Assembly: GCA_964019335.1 (NCBI GenBank)
Contig: OZ025702.1
Location: 372,001 to 436,000, forward strand
Source of the DNA: Diplonema japonicum
Lineage: Eukaryota > Protista > Euglenozoa: Diplonemea
Reading direction: 5' to 3'
DNA length: 64,000 bases
In this document: positions 9,510 to 22,720 of the stretch, in pieces
Numbering within the stretch: position 1 is the stretch's first letter
Layout of the letters: the number at the start of each line of letters is the position of its first letter
Position numbers and translations under genes: made by a program
The notes under the pieces: model-generated
The model's input: only the letters and a program-made list of their open reading frames with translations
Told to the model about the DNA's origin: nothing
The model's database searches: none

Positions 9510-11247
9510 ATGGATAAGCTTCAGACACTCTTCCAGAGTTTCTGCAACTTCGGTGCAGGCCAACGAGGAGCGTTCCAGATGAACAATGCCAGCTTCGCTA
9601 AGTTCTGCAAGGACACCAAGGTGATCGATAAGAAGTTTACGACAACTGATGCCGACCTGTTGTTCTCCAAGATCAAACCGAAGGGTGGTCGAACTATTAG
9701 CTTCGACTGCTTCAGGTACCAAGGCCTTCCGGAGATTGCAGTGAAGAGGGGGTTGACAACGAACGACTTGGTTACAAAGATGTTGCATCAAGGCACGGGG
9801 CCCACATCCAACGCCACAGAGGCAGATGCGGTGCGGTTCCACGATGACAAGAGCCAGTACACTGGGGTATACAAGAAGGGTGGCCCCACAAACGTCGACC
9901 TCGCAACCTCGGACCTGTCACACATCACGAACAGGAACGAAGCCGATGTACGAGGTTCAAACATCGTGACGGAGAAGAAGATCCCGCAGAGAGACAAGCC
10001 GGCGTATCAAGCCAGCAAACCTGCGCCCCTAGACGGCGAGCAGGTACAGCAGGGTCCAGCAGACGCCCCACCCCAAGAAATGCCGGCACCCACACCCGCC
10101 CCTGCCACAAGCTCCTCAGCACCCACTCCTTCCCCTGCAACAACAGCCCCGGCTCCTACATCTGCCCCTGCTACCGCGGGACCCACAACCACAGCACCCA
10201 CTTCCACTACGCCTACGGCAGTTCCTCCCGCTGGGGCAGCACCACCACCAGCAGCGGCACCATTGCCGAACGACGTCCCCCCTCCCGCCACATCTATAGA
10301 GCCCGCCACTTCCACACCAACTGCAAGGACACCATCTCACAGTGAGAGGCCAACTAGCCAGCAGATGGCCAGAGCGCAGATGGTCATTGGTGGTACTGGG
10401 TTGGGCGGCAGCAGTGCTAACGTGAGCACCGGTCCCGTCTCCGACCCGGACAGCCCCAGCAAGGGGCCGGCAAGGTATGGCAGACGGTCAGTTGATGCCG
10501 GGCCCCCGTCGCCTGCTGGGACAAGGGCTGTGCGTAGCAACTCCGGGCAGAGGGGTTCACGCAGCGGGAGCATCGGGTTCAGGTCTGGTGCCTCGCCCAA
10601 AGTATCTGTTGCCCCGTCCTCGGGTACACCTAGTGCCTCGCCTAAAGCGTCTGTTGCCTCATCCTCTAGTACACCTGCTCCCTCTGCGACCCCGACCCCC
10701 ACGGCAGGGGGCAAGGGCCTCTTCGATGTGTTCGAGCAATACCTGGCCTTCGGCGGCGGGCAGCACGGCAAGAGCGAGATGGACAACGCGAGGTTTGCAA
10801 AGTTCTGCAAAGACGCGAAACTCATCGATAAGCACTTCACATCGACTGACGCGGACCTGCTATTCTCGAAGATCAAGCCGAAGAGGGGGAGAACCATCAG
10901 CTTCGACGTATGTTAGGACACTCTATTGCAATTGCACACAGGTGTGGAAGAACTTTGCGCTGCCAGAGATCGCGCGTAAGAAGAGCATCCCATTCGAGGA
11001 TCTGGTCAGAAAGCTCACGTCGGCCCAGGGCTCAGCGGGGCCAAAGGCCAACGCTACAGAGACAGATGCTGTCAGGTTCCATGACGATAAGTCACAGGTG
11101 TGAAGTGTTTTTTTACATGTTACCCCTCATCCACAGTACACTGGGGTTTATAAAAAGGGAGGCCCCACAAACCTCGATCTTGGTACGTCAGACCTGCGCT
11201 TCATCACGAACCGTGCCCCTGCTGATGTCAGGGGTGTCCAGTCTTAA
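9510..11247 (+). CDS. TPPP/p25-alpha family protein with two p25alpha domains; introns 10908-10941 and 11098-11136
   Basis: Two copies of FAKFCKD..IDK.FT.TDADLLFSKIK...RFHDDKSQYTGVYKKGGPTN separated by a Pro/Ala/Ser/Thr linker. Confidence 0.9.
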
Positions 11248-12089
11248 AAAAAAAAAGCAAAAAAAAACATATTTTCTTCTTTTTTTTTTTCTTGCCCCAG
11301 TTTCTTCTTGAACCCCTCCTTTTTACTAAGGTTACCTTATCCCCTTTTTTTTTTGCGCACGTGAGAAGGAAAGAAAGTCTCTTCAGAAAGAAAGAAAGAA
11401 AAAGCAAGTCGCCCCCTCCAATTCTTTTTACCCACTTTGTGCGAGAATAATAAAGTGATGCTTTTGTACCCCCCCCCCCCCCCGTTCCCCACTTTTTTTC
11501 TCTTTTTATAATTCGGGGAAGAAGACACTTCAGTCCTTACGGGGGCAACACACGGAAGGGGGAGAATGGGAAGAGAGAAAAACAAAGGTCTCTCCCCTCA
11601 TCCCCCCCCCCCCCCCCCCCCCCCCATGGCTTCCACCAACGCAGTAGTGTCAGCAATGACATCGACCCTATCTGTCCTCAGATCTTTCCCCTCTCACCGT
11701 AGTCTATTATTCGTCAGCAGGGGAGGAAGAGAGGGTAAGATCCACTCCCTTTTCTTTTTTAGGTGATCCTGTCACTACTGCAGGTTCCCTTCAAAGACAC
11801 CTTTTTCTTCTCTCTTCTTCTGCATGAACTAATAAATACGGTTCGGCTTTGTGGTGCGAAAAAAAAAAACAAAAAAGGAAGAAGAAAAGACGAGGTTCAC
11901 CTTACCCGTACCCCCCCCTTCCCTTTTTTTCTTCTTGTGTGTCACTCCCCCCAAAAAAACAAACCCGTCCCCCCCTCCCCCTTCTTTTTTCTAGTTCTCC
12001 GTTCTCTCTCTAGATATTCTCATCTATGAATTGTCAACCACTACAGGGCGTGGGTCAACGGCGCCAAAAAGAGAATAAATAAAAGAGGG

Positions 12090-14058
12090 ATGTCGGAGGA
12101 TAAGGATCATGAAGGATTGGATTCGATTAAAATTTACTGCAGGTTTGCGCCTGTACCTGGTGGGGACACAAAGGTGCTGAATCACAGCTTAAGAGGAGGT
12201 ACCGAGGGCCAGCATCATGTGGGTGTGAGGGATGACTACAACGGGGCAAGTCTCGACATGGACTGTGAGCTAGCATTCGACGGCTCGACCCCTCAGGTAG
12301 AGGTCCACACCAAGGTGACGGAGCCTCTCATACCACGCCTCCTGCAAGGGTATAACTGCACGCTTCTTGCGTTCGGACAGACTGCAAGTGGGAAGACGCA
12401 TACCATGTTGGGGCCTCAGGGGGGGAAGTATGATTTTCTTCGAAAAGACCACAACTGTGGAATCGTGCCGCGTGCCGTCGTGTCCCTCTTCGAGCACCTC
12501 GAGCAGTCTGACATCCAAGCAGACGTCGACTTCTCCTTCTTCGAGATCTACAACGAGGTAGTCTCCGACCTCATCGCGAAGGCCACGTGCTGCGACGGGA
12601 ACGTTAAGTCCTTCGCCTTCAGGGGCACTGACAAGGCACGTTTCGAGCGTGAGGTGTCACGTGTCAGGGTCCGCACCGCCGACGAGTTCCTCCACATCCT
12701 CGAGGCCACCAGCGCTAATCGCCAGCAAGGTGGCACCGACCTCAACGCCGTCTCCTCTCGCTCCCACTCCATCGTCCTCCTCAGGGTCCACACGGGCAAA
12801 ACCAGCGCCACCATGTGCATGGTCGACCTCGCAGGATCCGAGTGCATTAAAAAGTCGAACGCGCAAGGCATGCGCCGATACGAGACTAAGAACATCAACA
12901 CATCTCTCTTTGCCCTCAAGCAGGTCATCCACGCTCTTTACAAACGGAAGGAGCACGTCCCCTACGCGGACTCCATGCTCACCCGTACCCTCGCTGACTC
13001 TCTCTCCGGCAACGCTTTCCTCCGCATCCTTGTCTGCTGCACCTCGCGTGCTGAGGATGCGCAAGAGACTATGACCACGCTGCGCTTCGCAAAGGAAGCG
13101 TCGTGTGTGGTGCGCAAGGCGCCTGTGATCAACAAGTACGACAGCTTGCGGGACAAGCAGCTGTACTCGTCGTCTGAGCTGGACGCTCTCAACCAAGAGA
13201 GACTGAAGCTGCAGACGAAGAACGAGGAGCTGATCAAGGCGAACGAGGCCATGCAGAATGAGAACGCCGTGCTGCAGATGCAGGTCCGGCAGCTGCAGGA
13301 CACCAACACGCAGCTCATCAGCCACATCCACACTGGGACGGAGACCTACCAGTCACAGGTGAACTCTTTGCAGTCGGCAAACCAACAGCTGCAAGTGCAC
13401 ACGACAGAGCTAAAACAAGAAGAGGAAAGGACTTCGGAGCAAAACGTGTATTTGAGCAGAAAGGTAGCCGAAGTGCAGAAGCACATGGAGGGCATCTTGC
13501 AGCAGATCAAAGCAGTCACGGTGGAGAATGACATGCTGAGGAACGAGCTGCGTCAGAGCAGAGGGACTGTGGACGGGCTGAGGATACAGATGGCCCAGCC
13601 GCTGCAGCATCAGCCACAACAGCAAGAACAACAACAACAGCAACAACAGCAGCAGCAACAACAACAACAACAACAACAGATGCATCAAATACTGTCAAAC
13701 CGGGCACCTCTGCCGCATGAACCGCAGCAGAGCCTCCAGCCGCAGAGATATTTGCAACATCAGGTAGACCGCTGCCAGCACATCTCAGAAGAGTTGCATA
13801 AGCTGAAACTGGAGACTCCCTCCACTGACTCAGAGCTAACTATGAATGCATCCATCCCGTCCCTCTCTGAGCCTCTGATCACTGCCGAGCAGGACGCACT
13901 CACGGCTAGGCTGCAGCGTTTGGAGCAGGTGTGTGTTTCCCTATTTTTTTTTTTTTTTTTTTTTGTTCTATTGCACAAAGGTACTCCTCCGCCCATCGAA
14001 CTCCCGATCGCGACAAGTTGACTCGACAGGTGGTAGCTCGCTCTGCGTCGCCCCGTGA
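12090..14058 (+). CDS. Kinesin (N-terminal motor, coiled coil, poly-Q); likely intron ~13929-13980
   Basis: GQTASGKTHTM, FEIYNE, SSRSH, DLAGSE, HVPY motifs. Confidence 0.95.
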
Positions 14059-14318
14059 GTAAAGGGAAAAAAAAAAGAGTGGGGGGAAATCAAATGGAGG
14101 TTTTGACTTTAGATTCGCCACTGCTTTTAAGTAGTTCGTTCCCTCCTCGCTTTTCTTTTCTTAGATTTTTTTTGTGTCTTTTTTTTTTTTCTTTCCTAAC
14201 ATTCCCTCGTTCCCGTCCCCCGTAGATTATATCGTGTAGAAGTGTGCCACACGCTAGAACAGAAGAGAATTAAAAAAAAAGAAGCAAAACCAATTGGAAG
14301 GGAGAAAAAAAAAGAGTT

Positions 14319-14359
<41 letters not shown>

Positions 14360-14607
14360 CGTGAGACCGGGTTTTCCTTCTTTTCTCCCTCCCCTTTTTT
14401 TTTGTGGTGAAAAAAGTTTTTTGTTTCTCTTTTTTTTTTATTCCCTCCCCTTCCTGCTTCTTTTTTTCTTTATTTCTTTTTCGACCACCCCCCCCGCCCC
14501 CCATCTCCCCTTTCCTTTCCCCCCCCTCTTTTTTTTGATGTTGTTCCCCCTTCCTTTCAATTACGTATAAAGAGAGAAAAAAAGATTGAATGCGATAACA
14601 AAAAGAA

Positions 14608-15279
14608 ATGGCCTTATTCTACTTATGCAGAGCGGCAAGTGAGAGAGGGAGCCTGTCAACAGCAACGCAGGCGAGGAGGCGTTTTTCACAAAGTACTCAG
14701 TCGATGGCGTCAAAACCAGAACAGAACTACGACACCAGGGAAGTAGATATATCCGGCTCAGTGACAAACACCTCTTCGTGGTGCACGTACTGTGGCCTGC
14801 AGAGTGTTTTCGCCTCATCCTGCGAATGCCGGACAGCAGTATACTGCGATGAAGTGTGCCAAGCGAAGGATTGGGAAGTACATGAAAAACAATGCACAAA
14901 TCAGCCTATATGCGCAATCTGTTCCAGAACGTGGCACGATACCAGTTTGCTTCAATGTTCTTGCCGCAAAGCTGTCTATTGCAGTCTAGAATGCCAGTCA
15001 ATCCATTGGGACACACACAGAGATATCTGCTCATTTCGTGACCTCAATGGGGAAGAAGTTCCCCCGACCCCAGGCCAGGAGCTCACGAAACTCCTCCAGC
15101 CTGCCAAGAACGAGCCGACGTGCACGAAGAACAAGGATTCGTTCAAATCAGAAAACGACCACCTGAAGGAAGAGCTGGGGTGCCTCGTCCCATGGCTGAT
15201 GACGAATTCAGAAGTATCCAAAACAGACCAAACCTTCAAAGTGGACAAGGTCCTTTCAGAAGGAAACTCTTCTTTGTAA
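14608..15279 (+). CDS. Protein with two MYND-type zinc fingers
   Basis: CTYC...CECRTAVYCDEVCQAKDWEVHEKQC and CAIC...CSCRKAVYCSLECQSIHWDTHRDIC. Confidence 0.85.
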   Translation: MALFYLCRAASERGSLSTATQARRRFSQSTQSMASKPEQNYDTREVDISGSVTNTSSWCTYCGLQSVFASSCECRTAVYCDEVCQAKDWEVHEKQCTNQPICAICSRTWHDTSLLQCSCRKAVYCSLECQSIHWDTHRDICSFRDLNGEEVPPTPGQELTKLLQPAKNEPTCTKNKDSFKSENDHLKEELGCLVPWLMTNSEVSKTDQTFKVDKVLSEGNSSL

Positions 15280-15292
15280 AATAAAAGATTAA

Positions 15293-17061
15293 CCCATAAC
15301 ACTCCAAGGCGCAAATATTTGTCGTTTTGAAAAATCATTTTTTTCTCTAAGTACTTTTTCGTCCCCACGACCCCTGGATCTCCAAGAACGACTATAGTGA
15401 GGAGTTATTTTCAACTGCAATTCATGCTGCGCTGCATCACTTTACCTTGTTATCCACCCACCAAGTGGGTCCCAAATCCGAGTAGATAGGCTAAAAAGCA
15501 AAATAACGGGTGTGCATACTGTGCCCAAATTGTTCCCAAAAACCGCAAAGGTAAAGCCAAACCTGCTACGGACGAGGTCCAACCTTCATGGGTAAGGGAG
15601 TTGGTATCCATAGAGACCATAAAATAGGCCAGTGGGGAGAAAAAAAGCTGTCCCGTGGTACGCAGAAACCTGACGACGCAAAATGGTTATTCCTTCGGTT
15701 TTTTGATAAGAAGCTAACAGACGTCATCCAAGAAGAGACAAACAAGCAAAAGGACGCTGAGATTGATAAAATTTCGACCCAGGACTCCACCGCTTACTCG
15801 GATTGAGCATTGCGATGGGTTTACGGCGTGCCCAGAATCAGCAGTCGTATTGGTCCACAGGACCCATGAAAATCCCCCTTTTCAGTAACACGATGCCCAG
15901 GAGACGCTACTGGGAAATCAAAAGTAGCCTCCACTTCACTCATACAGAAGACGGTGATGTGTTGTGAAGATACGAGGGTTTCCGGACAGAATTGGTGACA
16001 AGTGGGCAAAAGCAGCAGTGCCAGGAAAATAATTAAGCATTGACGAGACACTCGTACCTTCACGGGGCAATTGGAGCTGCGGGTCTACTGTCCTTTCAAG
16101 CGTAAAAGATATGGCATAAAAATCTACTGCCTAAACTGCGCGAGCACGGGTTATCTTTTGCGTTTTCACATCCACGCCACCAAAATCGAGGGGCACGCAC
16201 TTGAAGGTTTCAGTGTTGTGGAAAAAGCGGGGCTGGGGTTAACAGAGCCTTTCCGGGGAAATGACAACACGGTAGTTTGCGATAGCTACTTTTTGACTGT
16301 GGGTCTGGCCGAAGCCCTGTGAAAGAACTGTGAGGGGCTTGCATTTCGTTGGGTGTTGCGGACTCTTCTGGTGGGCCCTAGAAGTGACAATAGTTAACTG
16401 CCATGCACTTCAAATAAAATATGGTTCAGGGATGCCAAAGAGATACACAACCCTGGCTGCTTTAAAGAGCGCTTTCGAGAGAGCCTAATTGATGGGTCCA
16501 GCGTTGCAAAAACACCACTCCCGGCACCCAACTAGTGGTGCACACACCCCCGATACCCCAGATTACACCAGGCGTGACCGCTAGCCACTCAAAGGGGGCA
16601 CCTCCAGGGTCTGCAGGTTGAAAGGATGCACAAAACGCACAATCTACAAATGCTACACCTGAAACCAACACCTCTGTCCAAATAAGTGCTTTTTTCGTAC
16701 CACTCTTCATCACCCCAAAAAGGCCTCTTGACGATTTCGAGGCCGATATTCCACCCGCAAAGAGGCACTTCTCTCGGTCTGAGACATCTGAGGGGTGCCT
16801 TTTTTGTCCCAGGATGCTCAATTTACACCCCCCCCGTGCACAACCCATTTTGACATGGTCGTTTTTGAGCACCCTACGGCCATTCAACTCTTCATCCCCT
16901 TTGTATTTTTATTAATTTTTGAGCTTTTTTTTTTAATTTTCCTGGTCCAAAAAACCCGTTTTACCTGCAAACGGGGGTTGAATGCTGCCATTTTCCCCCT
17001 CAAATTATGAAAAGGAGCAAAAAAGGGACCCCTATGTAGATAGGCCCCGGAGTGTTATGGG
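15293..17061 (+). mobile_element. Degenerate piggyBac transposon
   Basis: TTAA on both sides, TIR CCCATAACACTCC / GGAGTGTTATGGG, transposase remnants (FLRFFD...EETN, IDETLV, KRKRYGIKIYCL, VVCDSYF). Confidence 0.92.
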
Positions 17062-17234
17062 TTAAAAAAAAAAAAAAAATGAAAAAGAAAAAGAAAATAT
17101 ATGCACATATAGTTGTTTCAGGTTCTCCGGGGTGGGGGTGGGGGGAGGAAAAGAAGGGAGAAAAAAAAAAAAAAAAAAAACAAAAAAAAAAGAGGAACTT
17201 CGTTCCCTTTCCTTTGTCACACAGGGCATGCAAT

Positions 17235-17666
17235 ATGACTCGCTCACCTGTTCGAAACGGCTTCAGATCTGTGACGGTCCGATGTGATGAAACTGAAGTC
17301 TGGACGCCCCGTGAGCGGAACGGTCATGTTATCCACGCGAAAAATATCCTTCAGCTCGAACTCGAACGGGCGTGGGCGATGTACCCCGAGGTCCTCTCAG
17401 ATGTGAAGTGCCCTGGTGGGGACCTCGCTGCCGTGTGGGACAGCAAGCCCAAGTGGCTGGAGGCGAACCTACAGACCGCAATCTTCGAACACACATTTGG
17501 ACAGAGAACTCCTTCCGTGAAGAAACCCCGCATACGAATCCCAAGAAAGCCACCTCTCCGCAACGTCAGAGCTGTGACCACCTCCACCACCACCACCACC
17601 TCCACCTCTGTTACTTCGACGCGACGCTTACCGCACTGCAGCGAACATAGTTGCTTAGTGGCGTGA
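17235..17666 (+). CDS. Short hypothetical protein
   Basis: ATG after CAG; coding-like composition; no recognisable motif; could be a 5' exon of the channel gene. Confidence 0.4.
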   Translation: MTRSPVRNGFRSVTVRCDETEVWTPRERNGHVIHAKNILQLELERAWAMYPEVLSDVKCPGGDLAAVWDSKPKWLEANLQTAIFEHTFGQRTPSVKKPRIRIPRKPPLRNVRAVTTSTTTTTSTSVTSTRRLPHCSEHSCLVA

Positions 17667-17834
17667 ATGGCATAAGGGATGTTTGTTTACACATGGATCC
17701 TCTTTTCTTCTTCTTTTTTTTCCCACTTTGTTTCCTTTCCCACACTTTTATCCAAGCCATTGCATAATATCACAGGGAGGCGGCGGGGTTGGGGGCGTGA
17801 GTGGAGGAGAAACAACCCAAAGGTTGTTTCTGAC

Positions 17835-20800
17835 ATGAACATCAACGAAACCCCCAGCAGGGTATACCTAGATGCTACCACCTTCGAGAGGGGAGACAGC
17901 TGCAGCGGGGCATCATCACACCCGTCAACACCAAGGGCGTTGATGTCGATGAGCCCAAGGAATGGAGCCACAACACCAAGAACGCCTAGGGCACTGACAC
18001 CTGTGAATAGGGCGGAAGAGGAAGAGGTCGAAGAGCTGGTGTGGCATGACGACCGTGAAGAGGCCGACGAGGGGATCGTGAAGCAGCTGAACGAATTAGA
18101 ATGGGACCTAAGCCAGAACCGAGGGAAAAGCGTCTATAAGGAAACCGAGCTGAAGAGGCTTGAACGAGAAACGGCAAAGCTCAACACCCGCCTGTACGTG
18201 GAGAAGGCGGCTGTGTATGTCCAGGATAGTCTTATCGGGTACCACTACCCGTTTTTAGACACAAAAATCCACGTCTACAAATTTTATCGGTCACAGCGGA
18301 TGAGAAATATCCTCTCGTTCACCGTGCTGTTGAACATCTCACTCGCGCTGCTCCAGATCCACATAACCTCAGACACCTCTGAGGACATGCGGACGAACAT
18401 TTTCGATCCCATTGTTGTGGTCTCGGAGATCTGGTGCTTCCTCGTGTTCTCGCTGCAGTGTTTTCTGCAGCTAACCTTCCTCGGGGCGAGGAAATATTTC
18501 CGGCACAAGTTGTGCCTGATCCTCTTCACCTGCACTTCGTTGTATCTGCTCGATCTTACCCTTATCCCACTTCTGTACAGAGAGAAGCCGATCACCAGTA
18601 CGATTCTGGATGTAGACAGGTTTTACTTCCGTTTCTACATCCGGCCTATCTACGCTGTGATCCACTTCGGCGGGCTACGGAACACCATCCCGTCCATTAT
18701 CAAAACCGCGGTGGCACTACTGCCTGTTGTGATGTTCATATTCATCTTCCTGTGCATATTTGCGATATACGGTTTCATGTTGTTCCATAAGAGGAATACT
18801 TACTTCTCTTCAACGCCCTGGGCTCTGTACCAGCTGTTGATATCGTTGACCACTGCTAACTTCCCCGATGTGATGATACAAGGATATTCGCACCCGTACA
18901 CCGTGAACAGCACGACATGGGGCCCTGTTTACAACCCGGAAAGAGGGTCATACATTACAACCCAAGCATGGGAAGTGGCGTCCAACGACACAACTAAGTT
19001 CGATTTTACGTGGAACTCGATTTCTTGGCATATGTCGCCTTGTTTCTTTGTCATCTTCTACCTGATCGGGCTGTACTTCCTCCTCTCCGTTGCGTTCGCT
19101 GTTGTGTACAATGTTTACAAGGAGCACCTTAAAAGAAGCGTACTCTACGATTACTCGTTCAGGCAGCGGATGTTAGGCAAGGCGTACCACTGCCTGACCC
19201 AGTACATGGATGGAGGGTACGATGAGTTCAACAGGCGGCTCACCGTACTTCACCAAGAGGTTCACTTTTCCGTCCATGCCGTGGCGTCACCGCCATCATC
19301 GACAAGCCCGGCATGCAAAGACCTTCAACCAGGCAAACTTGAACTCGCGTCTCTTCAAGCACATGACGAAATGTCTCGTATGGACAAACTGCTTGAAAAT
19401 TTCCGTGCTCGAGAGGCAGGTGAGCAAGACCCTTCGTCAGTGAGAGTGCGGCGGCATAAGTCGGACACAACAGAGGTCACGGAGTACATCTTCAACCTGC
19501 TCTATGACGAGCTTTTCCCGAAGAAAGCGACGAAGAAGACAATTAACTCAACGATGGAGGTATCAGAAAAAGAAGGAGGGAAAAAGAGAGAAAAAAAAAA
19601 TCAAAACAGATCCAAAAGGGCAGCACAGTGGGTCTTCTCGAAGACGTGGTCCTGAACTTCGGAGAGATCTTACCAAAGGGATGCACGGGTGTTGTGGAAA
19701 AGGTTCCATCGGCAGGGGTGGACTTGTACGAGGTACTTTGACAATAAAAAAAAAAAAAAAAAAAAAAAAAGAAAAAAACCAGGTACACTTCGACATTGGT
19801 AAGTACATGGCAAGCTCTGAAGAGATAATCCTTATTGAACCCAAGGAGTCCCGCGAGAGGCTGGTCCGTGTCATATTCCATGCAATGGACCTGAACGAGT
19901 CGAACACGTTGGACATGAAACAGTTCCGTGCCCTCTACCAGATGCTGCAGCTCAAAGTCAAGATCATCAAGGACTCCCGACCTTATGCGGAGAAAGTCCT
20001 CCCGAGCTGGCTGTTCAAATCAAGGCCGTTTCAAGGCCTGATGTGGTTCGGGAGAAGCAAATGGCTCGATCGATTCATCGACGTCTGTATCCTCGGCTCC
20101 GTCGTCCTAATGACATGCCACTTCGAATATGTAGCTAGTCTCAATATAACAGATGTGTCGGGGTCGGGATCGGGATCGGAATTGACGGATGCTTGGTTTA
20201 ATTACATGTATGCTGAGATTTTGGTGGGTATCGTGTTCGACCTTGAAGCACTGCTAAAGATCACAGCGATGGGTTGGACGGACTATTGGTCGAAAAAGTG
20301 GAATCGGTTCGATTTCGTAGTGACCGCCATCAACACGTTGATTTACGTGACATTTGGGGTTTTGACGCTGTTTTTCGGGACAAGACGTTCTGTATACATG
20401 GTGATGGAGATCAACGATGTCAACAATGAGGACGACTCCCCCGATCTCATCATGATTGTCCTGCTGGGAAGGCTGTTGAGGGTCGTCAGAATCGTCAGCG
20501 AGAACAAGTCTTTCCGGTATATTCTTAAAACGTTTTCCAACATCCTCCCCATCTTCGGCGCGTACATAGCGGCACTGCTTGTTGTGTACTATTACTTCGC
20601 GTCAACTGGGATGCTGCTTTTTAAGGGCGTGACACCGCCTTATGGAACAACGTACAGCAACGCTAATTATTACGCTTTAAACTTCGAGAGTTTTTACGGT
20701 AGTTGTATAACCTTATGGTGCCTTATGGTCGTAAATAACTGGTTTATCATAGTCGATGGATACAGAGCCGCGCAGGGGAACTGGGTTCTCATTTATTTCA

Positions 20801-21120
20801 TCACGTTTTGGCTCATTTCTGTTCTGCTGCTCATGAACATCGTGACTGCCCTCGTGGTTGAGGTGTGGGGCTCGCAGTGGGAGCTGAACAAGGAAAAGGC
20901 CGTTAACATCGACAAGAACCCCCTAGCTGCGCGTATTCATAGCCTAAACTATCTTGACCCTGAAGACGGGGGAGACTACTACCGTCTTGGTCTTCCACCG
21001 GACCCTGATGGGTCCCGCCCCTCGTACAAGGTTAGCTATGCTCATTATTCACACAAGGTACGGCTTGCACTGGAACGGATCTTCCTGAACCAAAAGGGGT
21101 TCCAGCATGTAATCATTTGA
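17835..21120 (+). CDS. Two-pore channel (TPC family); introns 19560-19609 and 19733-19782
   Basis: Two 6-TM repeats, filters LTTANFPDVM and LMVVNNW, EF-hand-like DLNESNTLD, WNRFDF motif. Confidence 0.9.
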
Positions 21121-21743
21121 ATATAAAAAAAGGGGGGGAGAGAGAGAGAGAGAGAGATCTTGCTCATATTTCCCCCCCCCCCCCCCTTTTTGTTTCTTTC
21201 ATCTTAATGTCAATTCCATGAAAGAGGACAAAAAAAAGTTTTAAAAAAAGGGGGGGGAAAGTATCAGAATTCAAACTTTACGAAGGGAAGAAGAAAGAAA
21301 GGGGAGGGGGGGAAAAAAAGAAGGAAAAAAGCCAACTTATTTATTTAGGGGCGGTATTCGGTAATATTTGCGCTACATTTATTTCTGAACACTGGTTTAA
21401 GGGGATTGTTTCCCCCTTTTTTTTTTTAATTCAAATAAAATATTTTGGCTTTTTTTAAAAAAAATAATAATAATAAACTTGTGCTGAGTAAAGGAATTAC
21501 TTCTGCAGGGTTTTTTTTTTTACCTCTCCCCCCACCCCCACCCCCGCCTCTCTCCGAGAAAGAAGGGAGAAAAAAAAAGAAAAAAAAAACCCAATACCGC
21601 CGTAAAAAGCTGATGTATGAAGAGCCGCTCTGAATTTGATGTGTATCAACATCGACAGTGAAACTAATGTGTTCTTCCGCTAGGCGGAAACAAGAGCCTA
21701 AGGAATAAGAGAAGAAGAAGAAAAAAAAAAAAAAAATAGAATA

Positions 21744-21813
21744 CTGTAAAAGGAAAAATTACCGGAAGAAAATATCCCCGCACTCCCGGGCTCCTGGTGA
21801 CTTTCCTTTACAG
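21744..21813. mobile_element. 70-bp miniature derivative of the pogo-like family
   Basis: TA-CTGTAAAAGGAAAAATTACCGG...GGTGACTTTCCTTTACAG-TA termini resemble 4032-4924. Confidence 0.6.
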
Positions 21814-22132
21814 TAGCTTTTTTTTTGGGGGGGGGGGGTCAAATTCTTTCTTCTTCGTCGTTCGTTTCTTTTTTTTTTTCCCTTCTTTCGTTTCTTCTAT
21901 TTGTCCATTTGAATAGAAAAAAAAATAAAAGAAAGAAAAAAAAGGAAAACAATACCGTTATAGCTTCATTTTTTTTCTTCTTTTTCTCTCTTCTTTTTCT
22001 TTTCATTTTTTATTTTTGAAATGAAAATGAATTTGTTTCTCCGTTCTCCTCATTCTTTCCAAAAAAAAAAAAAAAAAAAAAAGAAATTGCTCTTTCCCCC
22101 CGTTCTGTCTGTTTCCTATCCCAAAATAAAAA

Positions 22133-22665
22133 AATAGCTATTTATTGCCAACAAATAATGAGTCATTATTTAACTCGAGTTCCCGAATTTTTTGCACGAG
22201 GGCCCTGCGGGCCCTCGTGCAAAAAAACGGTAACGAGTGTTAAATAATGGCTCATTTGGCGGCAAGTAAGTCGTTTTATTTCACTTTTCGTCATTTGAGT
22301 CACTCACTCTTCACTGCTTTCACTGCTGTTTTTTTTTCACGCAGGTCAGCTTTTTGGGGATTTTCCTAAGGTAATACAGGGTAGCTATTTCGCCGTGGCA
22401 TTTAAAGGGGGAAGTAAGGCACTTATTCCCACTTTTAAGGGCTGGAATGGCCTCAGATGGCCAAAAATAGTCAAAATACCCCCACCCAAAAAAAAATTTC
22501 AAGGGGTTGGGTGCATTTTTTCCCACGGCGAGACCCATTTTCCCACTCTGAAGGGCCATTATTTAACTAGTTAAATAATGGCGATTTCGCGTTAAATAAT
22601 GGCCGTTTCGCGTTAAATAATGAGGCCCCTAGTGAGTGAAGAAAATGACGAAGAGTGAAATAAAA
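22133..22665 (+). mobile_element. Non-autonomous hairpin-ended element (Crypton-like architecture), copy A
   Basis: Near-identical inverted copy at 50410-50945; ~130-bp terminal palindrome centred on TTGCACGAGGGCCC-TGC-GGGCCCTCGTGCAA; TTTTATTTCACTTTTCGTCATTT inverted at the far end. Confidence 0.8.
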
Positions 22666-22720
22666 TAAATAAAAAAAAAACTGAAAAAGAAAAGGGGAAA
22701 AAAAAAAAAAAAAAAAAAAA

